Shown here in pieces: positions 1 to 8,184 of a DNA stretch of 32,000 bases. This DNA is from Akkermansia muciniphila ATCC BAA-835 (GTDB lineage Bacteria; Verrucomicrobiota; Verrucomicrobiia; Verrucomicrobiales; Akkermansiaceae). The notes beneath the pieces were generated by a model. The model was not told where the DNA came from. It saw only the letters and a list, made by a program, of their open reading frames with translations, and ran no database searches. Position numbers and translations under genes: made by a program. The first letter of the stretch is position 1. Each line of letters starts with the position of its first letter. Location of the stretch: positions 510,001 to 542,000 of the forward strand of contig NC_010655.1 in assembly GCF_000020225.1 (NCBI RefSeq), given 5' to 3'.

Positions 1-416
1 TTTCTCTGCACGGAGCTACGGACGAAGTTCGCGACCAAATCATGCCGGTCAACAAAAAATGGCCGCTCTCCCAGCTCATTCCGGCCCTTGAGGAATGGAA
101 CAGGGGAAGAAACCAGATGCCCACGCTGGAATACATTCTCATCAGGGACATCAACGATTCTCCAAAAGACGCGTCCCATCTCGTCCGGATCGCCAAACGC
201 CTGCACGCCAAAGTCAATCTCATCCCGTACAACACCGTGGAGGGGCTCCCGTGGAAACGCCCTTCGGAAGAACGCTGCCGTTCCTTCCGGGATGCAGTTC
301 ACAAGGCGCGCATCCCCGTTACCATGCGGTATGAAAAAGGCCATGACATCAACGCCGCCTGCGGCCAGTTGAGGCTGAGAAAGGAACAGGAAAAGAGCGG
401 AAAGACGTCCCGTTGA
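1..416 (+). CDS. rlmN: Radical-SAM rRNA/tRNA adenine-C2 methyltransferase RlmN, C-terminal fragment (5' end upstream of window)
   Basis: Frame 3 is open from nt 3 (SLHGATDEVRDQIMPVNKKW...), so the M at nt 42 is internal. RlmN/Cfr-type C-terminal motifs are present: NLIPYN, GHDINAACGQL. Stop TGA 414-416. Confidence 0.85.
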   Translation, partial: SLHGATDEVRDQIMPVNKKWPLSQLIPALEEWNRGRNQMPTLEYILIRDINDSPKDASHLVRIAKRLHAKVNLIPYNTVEGLPWKRPSEERCRSFRDAVHKARIPVTMRYEKGHDINAACGQLRLRKEQEKSGKTSR

Positions 417-516
417 CGGAACGGAGCTTTTCCGAATTTACAACGTTGCCTATTGCCCGGCGCCCTCCGTTGTGCTATCCTTTCCGGCCGGATGCCACCC
501 ATCCAGCCGCCTCACC

Positions 517-1971
517 ATGGAAACCACGACAACCACCACTGCCGTTCCCCCGCTGGAACTGACCAGGGCACCCCGCAAAACCCCGTCCCTGGACCTCAGA
601 GACATTCCGCAGGCTCCCGGCCCGGAAAAAGGAGTGCTGGCCCTCATGGCCATGGACCCGGCCACTTACGTGGGGCAGTGCGTGACCATCGGCATGACGG
701 AGGACTACTTCTACCTCCCCGCGCACAAGCTGCTCTGGCGCCTTTTCCAGGCCCGCTATAACAAAAACGAACCCATTGACATCGTTTCCATCACCCAAGC
801 TTTGGAAGACATGCACCAGCTGGAAGCCGTGGGCGGAAGCGCGGGCCTGGCGGAAATATACACCTTTACCACTACCGGAGCCTATTTTGAGCATTACCTC
901 AATGTCCTGAAGGACAAATTCATCCTTCGCTCCATCATTGACATAGCCAACCAGTCCACCACGCAGGCCTTTGACAATCCGGACGACGTAGCGGAACTGC
1001 TGGATTCTGTGGAAACCCATATTTTCCAGATACGGGAACGCTATAACAGCGCCAAGGATGAACAAAGCCTGGCCAGCATCCTTAAACAAGCCGTCACCAA
1101 TTTTGAAAAATTCATCGCAAGCAAAGGCCAAATCCAGGGACTGACCACGGGATTTGAGGAACTGGACAAAAAAAGCAACGGGCTTAAACCGGGGGACATG
1201 TTCATCATCGCCGCCCGCCCCTCCATGGGTAAAACCTCCTTTCTGCTCAACATCATTGAGCACATCGCGCTTAACGAAAAAAAGCCTACTCTGCTCTTTT
1301 CCTGTGAAATGCCCGCAGTCCAAATTGTGGAACGCCTTCTTTTTGCCCGCTCCGGAGTCCGCAGCCGGGAAATCATCAAGAGAGGCAACCTCACCCAGCT
1401 TGAAATGAAGCATTTCAAGCAAGCGGTCAAGGAAGTGGGAGCTTCCCAGCTTGTCATTGACGATACCGCAGCCATCTCCATCAACGAACTCCGGGCCAAA
1501 GCGCGCCGTGTCATGAGGGATCAGGGAGGTCTGGCCGCCATTGGTGTGGACTATCTCCAGCTCATGCGCTCCCACTCCAAACAGGCGGCCAACAGTCGTG
1601 AACGGGAAGTGGCGGAAATATCCGCCGGCCTGAAAGCCCTGGCCAAGGAACTCAAAGTGCCCGTCATCGTTCTGGCCCAGCTCAACCGCGGCCCGGAAAG
1701 CCGCACGGGAGCCAGCCTGGGCGTCCCCCGCATCTCCGACCTTCGTGAATCCGGCTCCATCGAACAGGACGCAGACATGATCGGCCTGCTCTACCGCTCC
1801 GCCTACTATGCGGAAGATGAGGAAAAACGCCAGCAAATGGCCGGACGGGCCAATCTGCATCTGGCCAAAAACCGCAACGGCCCCACGGGGGACGTTCCGC
1901 TCCACTTTGAAGCGGAACTCATGCGCTTCTCCACACGTGAGGCAGATGAACACGACCAGGAAAGCGAATAA
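517..1971 (+). CDS. dnaB: Replicative DNA helicase DnaB
   Basis: Walker A ARPSMGKTSF. DnaB motifs VDYLQLM, LAQLNRG, ESGSIEQDAD. The ORF opens at GTG 472, but the first ATG at 517 (METTTT...) is preferred. Stop TAA 1969-1971. Confidence 0.95.
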   Translation: METTTTTTAVPPLELTRAPRKTPSLDLRDIPQAPGPEKGVLALMAMDPATYVGQCVTIGMTEDYFYLPAHKLLWRLFQARYNKNEPIDIVSITQALEDMHQLEAVGGSAGLAEIYTFTTTGAYFEHYLNVLKDKFILRSIIDIANQSTTQAFDNPDDVAELLDSVETHIFQIRERYNSAKDEQSLASILKQAVTNFEKFIASKGQIQGLTTGFEELDKKSNGLKPGDMFIIAARPSMGKTSFLLNIIEHIALNEKKPTLLFSCEMPAVQIVERLLFARSGVRSREIIKRGNLTQLEMKHFKQAVKEVGASQLVIDDTAAISINELRAKARRVMRDQGGLAAIGVDYLQLMRSHSKQAANSREREVAEISAGLKALAKELKVPVIVLAQLNRGPESRTGASLGVPRISDLRESGSIEQDADMIGLLYRSAYYAEDEEKRQQMAGRANLHLAKNRNGPTGDVPLHFEAELMRFSTREADEHDQESE

Positions 1972-2000
1972 AACCTCTCGCTGTCTGTGCCTGTTCTCTG

Positions 2001-2015
2001 CGGATTAACAATCCG
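2001..2015. repeat. Palindrome CGGATT-aac-AATCCG (copy A)
   Basis: Perfect 6+6 arms with a 3-nt spacer, 30 nt after the dnaB stop. Confidence 0.9.
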
Positions 2016-2277
2016 TTACAGGCTGAAACCGAAGATAATTCTGTTTAATTCGGGCAAAGTTACAAGTTTCTACGATCATTGAAATGATACGTTCTTTCTA
2101 CATGTAACTATTTCCAGAAAAGGGAATTCTCAAAATTTTATTGCAAATTTAAATACCGCAAAGGTCTGTTGAGTTTTCATTGGAAACCGATGATGCCAGT
2201 CGGGCTTGATTTCATGAAAACGTCCTCTGATATGAAAGGAAACGTCTACGCAAGTTATTTTCTCTTAGAATCAAATC

Positions 2278-2306
2278 TTGACCCCGGATTGTTAAACCGG
2301 TAGCAT
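2278..2306 (+). promoter_or_regulatory. Candidate sigma70-like promoter of the PEP-CTERM gene (TTGACC-17 nt-TAGCAT)
   Basis: TTGACC 2278-2283, exactly 17-nt spacer, TAGCAT 2301-2306, about 58 nt upstream of ATG 2364. The spacer is itself the palindrome CCGGATTgttAAACCGG. This is a motif match only, and the promoter consensus for this phylum is not known to me. Confidence 0.35.
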
Positions 2307-2363
2307 CGCGGCAACGTCAGCATTTCTTCTGGCCTTATTGATCAAATTATTTCTGTTTTTAAT

Positions 2364-3191
2364 ATGAAAAAAAACTTATTTATTGCTGCAATCCTCTGCG
2401 GATCATGCATCTCCGCTAATGCCGCCAGCATGGTCACGGAATGGACCGGCAATGCCGGCCCTACGGAAGGCAACACCTATGAACTGGGCAATGCAGACAA
2501 CTGGAGCAACGGTGTACCCGCCCGCGGCAACAACCAGGGACCGGATGTAATTTTTAATAACACCGGAACCATCACCCTCAGCGGCTCCATGGTGGACACA
2601 TCCGATGGCGGCAGCATTACTGTCACAGGCAACAGCAATGTTACGGTGGGGGGAACCCGCTGGACGGGAAATGTCACCATTGGAGCAGGTTCCGCTCTTT
2701 CCCTCTCACAAGTGGACTTTAAAAGCAGTGACATCATCCTGGACGGCACCTTCAACCTTGGCGTTTGCGGCATTGATGGAGGCGGCAATGGAGCCCGGCT
2801 TGTTTTCGGAATAAACGGGATCATGAACGTTAATCAGCAAATCTGGGGAGCATCCAGCTTCTCCGTTTCCGGGATGCTGGCCACCATATCCACGGATCTG
2901 GCTGCTGGAGAATTCCAATTTGTTACCCGTACGCTGATTACCTCATCCGGCTTCAATGGCGGTTCCATTTCCCTGGGAGACTTCACCGCTGAAGACGGCG
3001 GAGCGCTGACCAAGGCATCCGGCATCATGGAAGGGAACGCCGCGGACTACCAGGGCCAGTACTATCTCTACACGGAAGACGGGAATGTCAAAGTGCAGTA
3101 CGTTGTGGCGGGAGCTGTGCCGGAACCTGCTACGGCCACCCTCAGCCTGCTGGGGCTGGCTTCCCTGATGCTGCGCCGCAGGCGCGCCTGA
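2364..3191 (+). CDS. PEP-CTERM sorting-domain surface protein (secreted, exosortase substrate type)
   Basis: N-terminal signal peptide MKKNLFIAAILCGSCISANA. C-terminal VPEP + hydrophobic helix + RRRRA, the classic PEP-CTERM tail. Gly/Asn/Thr-rich beta-strand-repeat-like body (NW..G.P....DVIFNN). Confidence 0.9.
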   Translation: MKKNLFIAAILCGSCISANAASMVTEWTGNAGPTEGNTYELGNADNWSNGVPARGNNQGPDVIFNNTGTITLSGSMVDTSDGGSITVTGNSNVTVGGTRWTGNVTIGAGSALSLSQVDFKSSDIILDGTFNLGVCGIDGGGNGARLVFGINGIMNVNQQIWGASSFSVSGMLATISTDLAAGEFQFVTRTLITSSGFNGGSISLGDFTAEDGGALTKASGIMEGNAADYQGQYYLYTEDGNVKVQYVVAGAVPEPATATLSLLGLASLMLRRRRA

Positions 3192-3216
3192 CCTTTTATC
3201 CCCGGTCCTTTCCTCG

Positions 3217-3254
3217 ACAGCCTGTATGCCCATGCGTACAGGCTGTTTTGTTTT
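3217..3254 (+). terminator. Rho-independent terminator after the PEP-CTERM gene
   Basis: 10-bp perfect stem ACAGCCTGTA / TACAGGCTGT (3217-3226 / 3237-3246), 10-nt loop, then TTTGTTTT. Confidence 0.85.
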
Positions 3255-3343
3255 CCAGGCGAGTGACGAAAACGTCACGGAAAACATCTTCATGCCATTG
3301 CCGGGAATCCGTAGCATTTTTTCATTATCTCCCGTTCGACGTC

Positions 3344-3964
3344 ATGCAAGCCCACGCAAAATCACTCAACGAACGTTTCCGCACCCTCATCTCCCTGATT
3401 TTCGGTCTGGCTATCGGCTGTTCCCTGCTCTTCGGGGAATCCCGCTGGGAAACGTCTCCTCTCATTGAAGAAAGCCTCATGCTCCTGGCCTGCTTCATGG
3501 CCGGCATAGGCGCCTTCGGGCGCATCTGGTGCTCCCTCTACATTGCAGGTTATAAAAACAACGTCCTGGTTACTGACGGGCCATACTCCATGTGCCGCAA
3601 CCCGCTCTATTTCTTCAGCTTCGTTGGCGGCATAGGCGTATCCTGCGCTACGGAGACCTTCACCATCCCCCTGCTTACGGCGCTGGCGTTCGGAATCTAC
3701 TACCCGTCCGTCATCAGAAAGGAACAGGAAAGGCTCCTCACCCTTTTCGGAGACGCCTACCGGAACTATTGCAGGAACGTTCCCACCTTCATTCCCTCCC
3801 TCTCACGGCTCAAACCGCCGCCGGCCGCCTACTCCGTCAATCCCGCCACGTTCACGCACAACATTGTGGATGCGCTGTGGTTCATCTGGTTCATCGGCAT
3901 CTTTGAATTCATCAGCGGACTTCATGAAGCCGGAATGCTCCCCGTATGGTTCCTCATTCCGTAA
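3344..3964 (+). CDS. Membrane methyltransferase, isoprenylcysteine carboxyl methyltransferase (ICMT)/phospholipid methyltransferase-like family
   Basis: Multi-pass hydrophobic protein with GPYSMCRNPLYFFSF and the C-terminal E-rich motif KEQERLLTLFGDAYRNYCRNVPTFIP, typical of the ICMT/PEMT family. The track ORF starts at TTG 3248, which lies inside the upstream terminator, so ATG 3344 is preferred. Confidence 0.75.
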   Translation: MQAHAKSLNERFRTLISLIFGLAIGCSLLFGESRWETSPLIEESLMLLACFMAGIGAFGRIWCSLYIAGYKNNVLVTDGPYSMCRNPLYFFSFVGGIGVSCATETFTIPLLTALAFGIYYPSVIRKEQERLLTLFGDAYRNYCRNVPTFIPSLSRLKPPPAAYSVNPATFTHNIVDALWFIWFIGIFEFISGLHEAGMLPVWFLIP

Positions 3965-5198
3965 CAGGCTCTTTTCTCCTGGCATCCAGAAGCCCCGCAA
4001 GCGCCCGTTGGGAAACCATCTTACGGAAAGATGAGCGGTCCCGCGGATAAAGCATCATCTCCGTCCGCGTCTCCCCCCCCCGGAAAGCCCAGGCAAGCCA
4101 TACGGTCCCCACAGGCTTTTCCGGCGTACCGCCTCCGGGCCCCGCAATACCGCTGACGGCAACAGCAACATCGGCTCCGGAGCGTTCCAGAGCTCCTTCC
4201 GCCATCGCTTTAACCACGGGTTCGCTGACTGCTCCGTAACGCTTCAGAACATTCTCCGGAACGCCCAGCATCTCCGTCTTTGCCCGGTCGGCATAAGTAA
4301 CCCATCCGAATTCAAAAACCCCGGAGGCCCCCGGAACATCCGTAATCCTCTTGGCAATCAGGCCGCCGGTGCAGCTCTCCGCCGTCGCCGCCTTCAGATC
4401 CTGCTGCGCCAAATGGCACACAACCGCTTTCTCCAGGGATGCCCCGGCAGGAGCGAGCACATACGCCCCGGCCAGAATGCGCAAACGGGCTTCTCCCTGT
4501 TTCAGGGCCACCTCACTGCCCACCAGGCGCACGTCCACTTCCCCGACGCGCGCGCAATACGCCACCTCCAGCCCCTCCACCTGGTGCAGGGAACCATCCA
4601 CCAGCTCCTGGAGATCGCTCTCCCCTATCCCTACCAGGCGGAACACGCGCAAATGAGGAATATCCTCATCCGCCAAATCTTCCAGAAGCGGCATCACGGA
4701 ATGTTCCACCATCGGCTTCAACTCCGCCGGCGGCCCCGGCAGCAGGATGAACATGGGAAGGGAACCGCTGGCAGGCATCACCAGTCCGGGCGCCGTCCCA
4801 TTGGAATTCTCCAGCACCGCGGCGCCATCCGGAACCATGGCCTGCTTGAAATTACACTCCGCAATGGGAATCCCCCTCCGTTCAAAATAACTCTTCAGCC
4901 ACTCAGCCACATGCTCGTCACGGTGCATGTCCACGCCGCACACGTCGCACAGGGCTTCCCGGGTCACATCATCACTCGTCGGCCCCAGTCCCCCGCTTAC
5001 AATCACGATATCTGCGCGCCGGGCGCTCTCCCTCATGGCCTCGTTAATAGCGTAACCGTCGGGCACGACGGTTACCCTCCCCACACGGAACCCGGCCTCA
5101 AATAATCTGTTGCCCAGCCATGCGGCATTTGTATTCACAATACTCCCCAGCAAAATTTCCGTCCCGGTGTTGATCAATTCAACCCTGATCTGTTTCAT
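3954..5198 (-). CDS. cinA: CinA family protein (MoCF-binding domain + nicotinamide-nucleotide amidohydrolase PncC domain)
   Basis: N-terminus MKQIRVELINTGTEILLGSIVNTNAAWL is the canonical CinA start. The C-terminal CinA/PncC domain is present (ESCTGGLIAKRITDVPGAS). ATG 5198 is preferred over the upstream ATG 5249. Confidence 0.9.
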   Translation of the reverse strand: MKQIRVELINTGTEILLGSIVNTNAAWLGNRLFEAGFRVGRVTVVPDGYAINEAMRESARRADIVIVSGGLGPTSDDVTREALCDVCGVDMHRDEHVAEWLKSYFERRGIPIAECNFKQAMVPDGAAVLENSNGTAPGLVMPASGSLPMFILLPGPPAELKPMVEHSVMPLLEDLADEDIPHLRVFRLVGIGESDLQELVDGSLHQVEGLEVAYCARVGEVDVRLVGSEVALKQGEARLRILAGAYVLAPAGASLEKAVVCHLAQQDLKAATAESCTGGLIAKRITDVPGASGVFEFGWVTYADRAKTEMLGVPENVLKRYGAVSEPVVKAMAEGALERSGADVAVAVSGIAGPGGGTPEKPVGTVWLAWAFRGGETRTEMMLYPRDRSSFRKMVSQRALAGLLDARRKEPVTE

Positions 5199-5310
5199 GC
5201 AGCCAGTATGCTCCCTCAAGCACCCCGTGACATGCAACAATCCTGCCATGTATCATAAAAAACTTCATTTAAACTCCCCGTAAGATACATTAGGGGCACT
5301 GACAAAGACC

Positions 5311-6732
5311 ATGAACACACCTTCCCGGCCCCGGGCCACCAAAATCATCTGCACTATTGGACCAGCAACAGACACTTCCGACATGCTGGGACAGCTTATT
5401 GAAGCCGGAGCCAACGTCTTCCGGCTCAATATGAGCCATTCCAAACACGACTGGGTCCGGGAAGTCGTCTTCCGCATCCGCCGGAAAGCAGCGGAGCTGG
5501 AAGCGAACGTGGCCATCCTATTTGACCTCCAGGGTCCCTCCATCCGTACGGGAGACCTGGCCGAACCCTACCATTTGAAAAAGGGAGACACGGTAGAAAT
5601 CCGCCTGGGCACGGCCAAGCCGGAACTTCCTTTTTCCACCACGGTAAACTATGACGGCCTTCTGCAGGATGTTCAGGCGGGCCATACCATGGTGGTGGAT
5701 AACGGCGGCATCCTCATGCGCATTGCGGAAGTACGCCCGGACAGGCTCATCTGCGACGTGCTCACGGAAGGCGTATTCGGCTCCCGCCGCCACATCAACC
5801 TTCCCGGCGTAGCGCTGCGGCTCCCGGCCCTGACGGAAAAGGATCTGGCGGACCTGGCCGTGGCCGTAGAATGCGAAACGGACTACGTAGCCATGTCCTT
5901 CGTCCGGGATGCCGCCCACATTGCCCAGCTCCGGGAACACATCGACAACTTGGGAGGCAAGGCCCAGATCGTCGCAAAAATTGAAGACCAGCAGGCTGTC
6001 CGACACATTGACGATATCATCCTGGCCGCAGACGTCATCATGGTCGCGCGCGGGGACCTGGGCATTGAAGTCAGCATTGAAGAACTGCCCATCATCCAGC
6101 GCCGCATCGTCCGCCATTGCCACAGGCTGGGACGCCGCTGCATCGTAGCAACGCATATGCTGGAATCCATGATAACCCAGCCCACCCCTACCCGTGCGGA
6201 AGTCACGGATGTTTCCAACGCCATCTTTGAACAAGTGGATGCCGTCATGCTTTCCGGAGAAACCTCCGTGGGCCATTACCCCGTACGCTGTGTGGAAGTG
6301 CTGGATTCCATCGCCCACCGCATGGAGTGCTCCGGCAATCTCAACTTCGCGGCATCCGCCATCCTGAACGGAGACCGCCAGAAAGCCACCAAGGCAGCCA
6401 TCTCCCTGGCGGACTCCGTGGAAAACGCCTGTCTGATCGTCTTTACCCGCCGCGGCCTGGCCGCCACGCAGGCAGCCGTCCTCAGGCCGGAACGGGCTGC
6501 CATCTTCGCCTTCAGCAATGACCCTGTCGTTGTCAGGCAACTCGCCCTGGCGCGTGACGTAACCGCCTTTGAATCTCCCTTCCTGAAAGACCCGGCCCGC
6601 ATGATTTCCACCGCCCTGGACCTGCTGAAGGAAAAAGGGCTGATCTCCTCCGGCCAGCCTGTCGTCATCCAGGGGGACAGCCTGCAAGGGGAACTGCTGG
6701 CGGATTCCATTATCTTCATGCGCGTGGAATAA
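5311..6732 (+). CDS. pyk: Pyruvate kinase
   Basis: TKIICTIGPA, FRLNMSHS, MVARGDLGIEV, ATHMLESM motifs. 473 aa. Confidence 0.96.
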   Translation: MNTPSRPRATKIICTIGPATDTSDMLGQLIEAGANVFRLNMSHSKHDWVREVVFRIRRKAAELEANVAILFDLQGPSIRTGDLAEPYHLKKGDTVEIRLGTAKPELPFSTTVNYDGLLQDVQAGHTMVVDNGGILMRIAEVRPDRLICDVLTEGVFGSRRHINLPGVALRLPALTEKDLADLAVAVECETDYVAMSFVRDAAHIAQLREHIDNLGGKAQIVAKIEDQQAVRHIDDIILAADVIMVARGDLGIEVSIEELPIIQRRIVRHCHRLGRRCIVATHMLESMITQPTPTRAEVTDVSNAIFEQVDAVMLSGETSVGHYPVRCVEVLDSIAHRMECSGNLNFAASAILNGDRQKATKAAISLADSVENACLIVFTRRGLAATQAAVLRPERAAIFAFSNDPVVVRQLALARDVTAFESPFLKDPARMISTALDLLKEKGLISSGQPVVIQGDSLQGELLADSIIFMRVE

Positions 6733-7247
6733 TGGCCTGCACCTTTCCTATAGAGCGGGAGACGGCCGTGTGGCCCCCGTCCGCCCCCCTCAGGGAACTC
6801 CTGCTGGATGCGGATCCGGACGAACGCCGGATAGCGGGTCACCTGGCCCACGGCGAACTTTACGTCGCAAAAAACTGCGGGACTGCCGCCGGAGTCATTG
6901 TTATCCGTCAGACGGGGAAACATACATGGGAAATCATGAATTGCTCCGTAGCTCCTGAATATAGAAGGCAGCGTTGCGGAACAGCCCTGGTACGGCATGC
7001 CCTGAACATCATCAGAAACAAAGGGGGCCGGTATGCGGAAGTGGGAACGTCCGATGCGTCTCCGGGGCCAATGGCCCTATATGAAAGCTGCGGATTCCAG
7101 GTCTATGGCGTTATCAACAACCACTTCACGGACAACTATCCGGAACCCGTCTGGGACAACGGCGTGCAATGTATTGACATGATCCGCATGCGTGCGGACC
7201 TCTCCCTTCGGAAAGAAGGAGCGCATCATGCTGCTCAGAAAGCATAA
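6732..7247 (+). CDS. GNAT family N-acetyltransferase
   Basis: Acetyl-CoA binding-type core (VAPEYRRQRCGTALVRHAL...ALYESCGF). The ATG shares one nucleotide with the pyk TAA (TAATG). Confidence 0.8.
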   Translation: MACTFPIERETAVWPPSAPLRELLLDADPDERRIAGHLAHGELYVAKNCGTAAGVIVIRQTGKHTWEIMNCSVAPEYRRQRCGTALVRHALNIIRNKGGRYAEVGTSDASPGPMALYESCGFQVYGVINNHFTDNYPEPVWDNGVQCIDMIRMRADLSLRKEGAHHAAQKA

Positions 7248-8062
7248 ACCACGCTGACTCCCGTCACCCAGCTATTGCCCTTTACCAGCGTTCTTCCATA
7301 CACGCGGTTCACCCCGTGGGAACCCTTGCCGAGCCAGTGCAGGCCAACAAAAGGCTCTATAAAAACATTCCCGAACAGACGGTAATTCGCCGTCACCCTG
7401 AAATAGAGGGACTGCCAGCCATTGCTGCTGGAAGGCCAATAGGAAGAACTCAACACGGCACCGAATTTAAACCCCATATAAAGGTTTTCCGTCATCCGGA
7501 AATCCGATCCCGTGCACATGTCAAACCACCAGCCCGTGATTCCGTAAAAGGAATAGGCGGCACTTCCCTGCGCATAAAAACCGGGGAGGAATCCCACATC
7601 ATGGCGCATAATCAGTGCCGCTTCATACGTTGTCCCCCCATTGCCGAACAAACGTTCGGAAGCAAACCCCGCCAATCCGCCGTCATTCGCACGAAAGGAT
7701 AATGCCGCATACGTAGCTTTTCCGAACTTCCGCTGAAGACCAAGATCCACCATCGTCTCATTCTCTATATCAACCGCCGGATGCCCCAGAAAGATCTCCT
7801 CCTTCAGAGCCAGAATCAGGGAATACCGGTCATTCAAATCGCTTCTCCAATCCAGCCGCAAAGGAGCCGTGGGATTACAGCCCGTGGGAATCAGCCCCCT
7901 GAACTCGTAATTAGTGGAATACCCGGCTTTGATACTGCCGCTGACCGGTCTTAAAGCAGGAGCGGAAGGAACCTCCGGAATGCGTGATTCCGCCGAAGAA
8001 ACGGCCATGAAAGCGACGGAGGCCATGCCCGCTCCAAGGAGAAAAGAAAAAAAGAAATTCAT
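7235..8062 (-). CDS. Outer-membrane beta-barrel protein, divergent member of a three-gene tandem paralog family
   Basis: Signal peptide MNFFFSFLLGAGMASVAFMAVSSAES. C-terminal aromatic beta-signal ...VSVVYAF. Shares motif blocks with the next two genes (AGYSTNY..RG, NET, GGLAGFA, YSFYGITGWWF, PFVGLHWLG). ATG 8062 is preferred over TTG 8119. Confidence 0.7.
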   Translation of the reverse strand: MNFFFSFLLGAGMASVAFMAVSSAESRIPEVPSAPALRPVSGSIKAGYSTNYEFRGLIPTGCNPTAPLRLDWRSDLNDRYSLILALKEEIFLGHPAVDIENETMVDLGLQRKFGKATYAALSFRANDGGLAGFASERLFGNGGTTYEAALIMRHDVGFLPGFYAQGSAAYSFYGITGWWFDMCTGSDFRMTENLYMGFKFGAVLSSSYWPSSSNGWQSLYFRVTANYRLFGNVFIEPFVGLHWLGKGSHGVNRVYGRTLVKGNSWVTGVSVVYAF

Positions 8063-8120
8063 AACATCGGAATGCCGTACGGAAAGTATTCTGGATAAAA
8101 AAACTCCTCTTGGCAACAAG

Positions 8121-8158
8121 CAAAAACGCCGCTGTTTCCTGCTCTGCTTCAGGAAACA
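8121..8158 (-). terminator. Probable intrinsic terminator after OMP paralog 2
   Basis: On the minus strand: TGTTTCCTG-8 nt loop-CAGGAAACA (9-bp stem, 8133-8158), followed 6 nt later by TTTTT. Confidence 0.5.
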
Positions 8159-8184
8159 TCATTCAGGCCTGCCCGCTGCCAACT

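Noticed and set aside
475-1953. Very long antisense ORFs opposite almost every core gene. Examples: 475-1953 versus dnaB, 5518-6687 versus pyk, 11075-11791 versus rpsD, 11839-12855 across rpsK+rpsM, 18795-19793 versus ychF, 19932-21065 versus gcvT, 21588-22988 and 23277-24317 versus gcvP, 26434-27918 versus the sulfatase, 29420-30379 versus deaD.
   Set aside because: For the four I checked (dnaB, pyk, gcvT, sulfatase), the antisense ORF is in exact codon register with the sense gene. In that register, antisense stops arise only from sense TTA, CTA or TCA codons, which this genome's codon usage avoids, so long shadow ORFs are expected. The sense strands carry unmistakable family motifs. The antisense translations are Gly/Arg/Ala/Val-rich with no recognisable motifs.
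1972-2363. AT-rich 390-bp gap next to dnaB as a possible replication origin.
   Set aside because: No TTATCCACA/TGTGGATAA-type DnaA boxes or AT-rich 13-mer repeats were found on either strand. The region is better explained as the control region of the PEP-CTERM gene.
2367-2374. A8 run in codons 2-4 of the PEP-CTERM gene as a phase-variation tract.
   Set aside because: It encodes the ordinary Lys-rich n-region of a signal peptide (MKKN). A/T runs of 7-8 nt occur at many unrelated places in the window, for example near 1168, 1277, 15145, 17320, 19350 and 21002.
3248-3343. TTG-initiated N-terminal extension of the ICMT-like ORF.
   Set aside because: The TTG lies inside the U-tract of the upstream terminator (3217-3254), and the extension is Ser/Arg/Thr-rich and non-membrane. 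ATG 3344 gives a family-typical protein.
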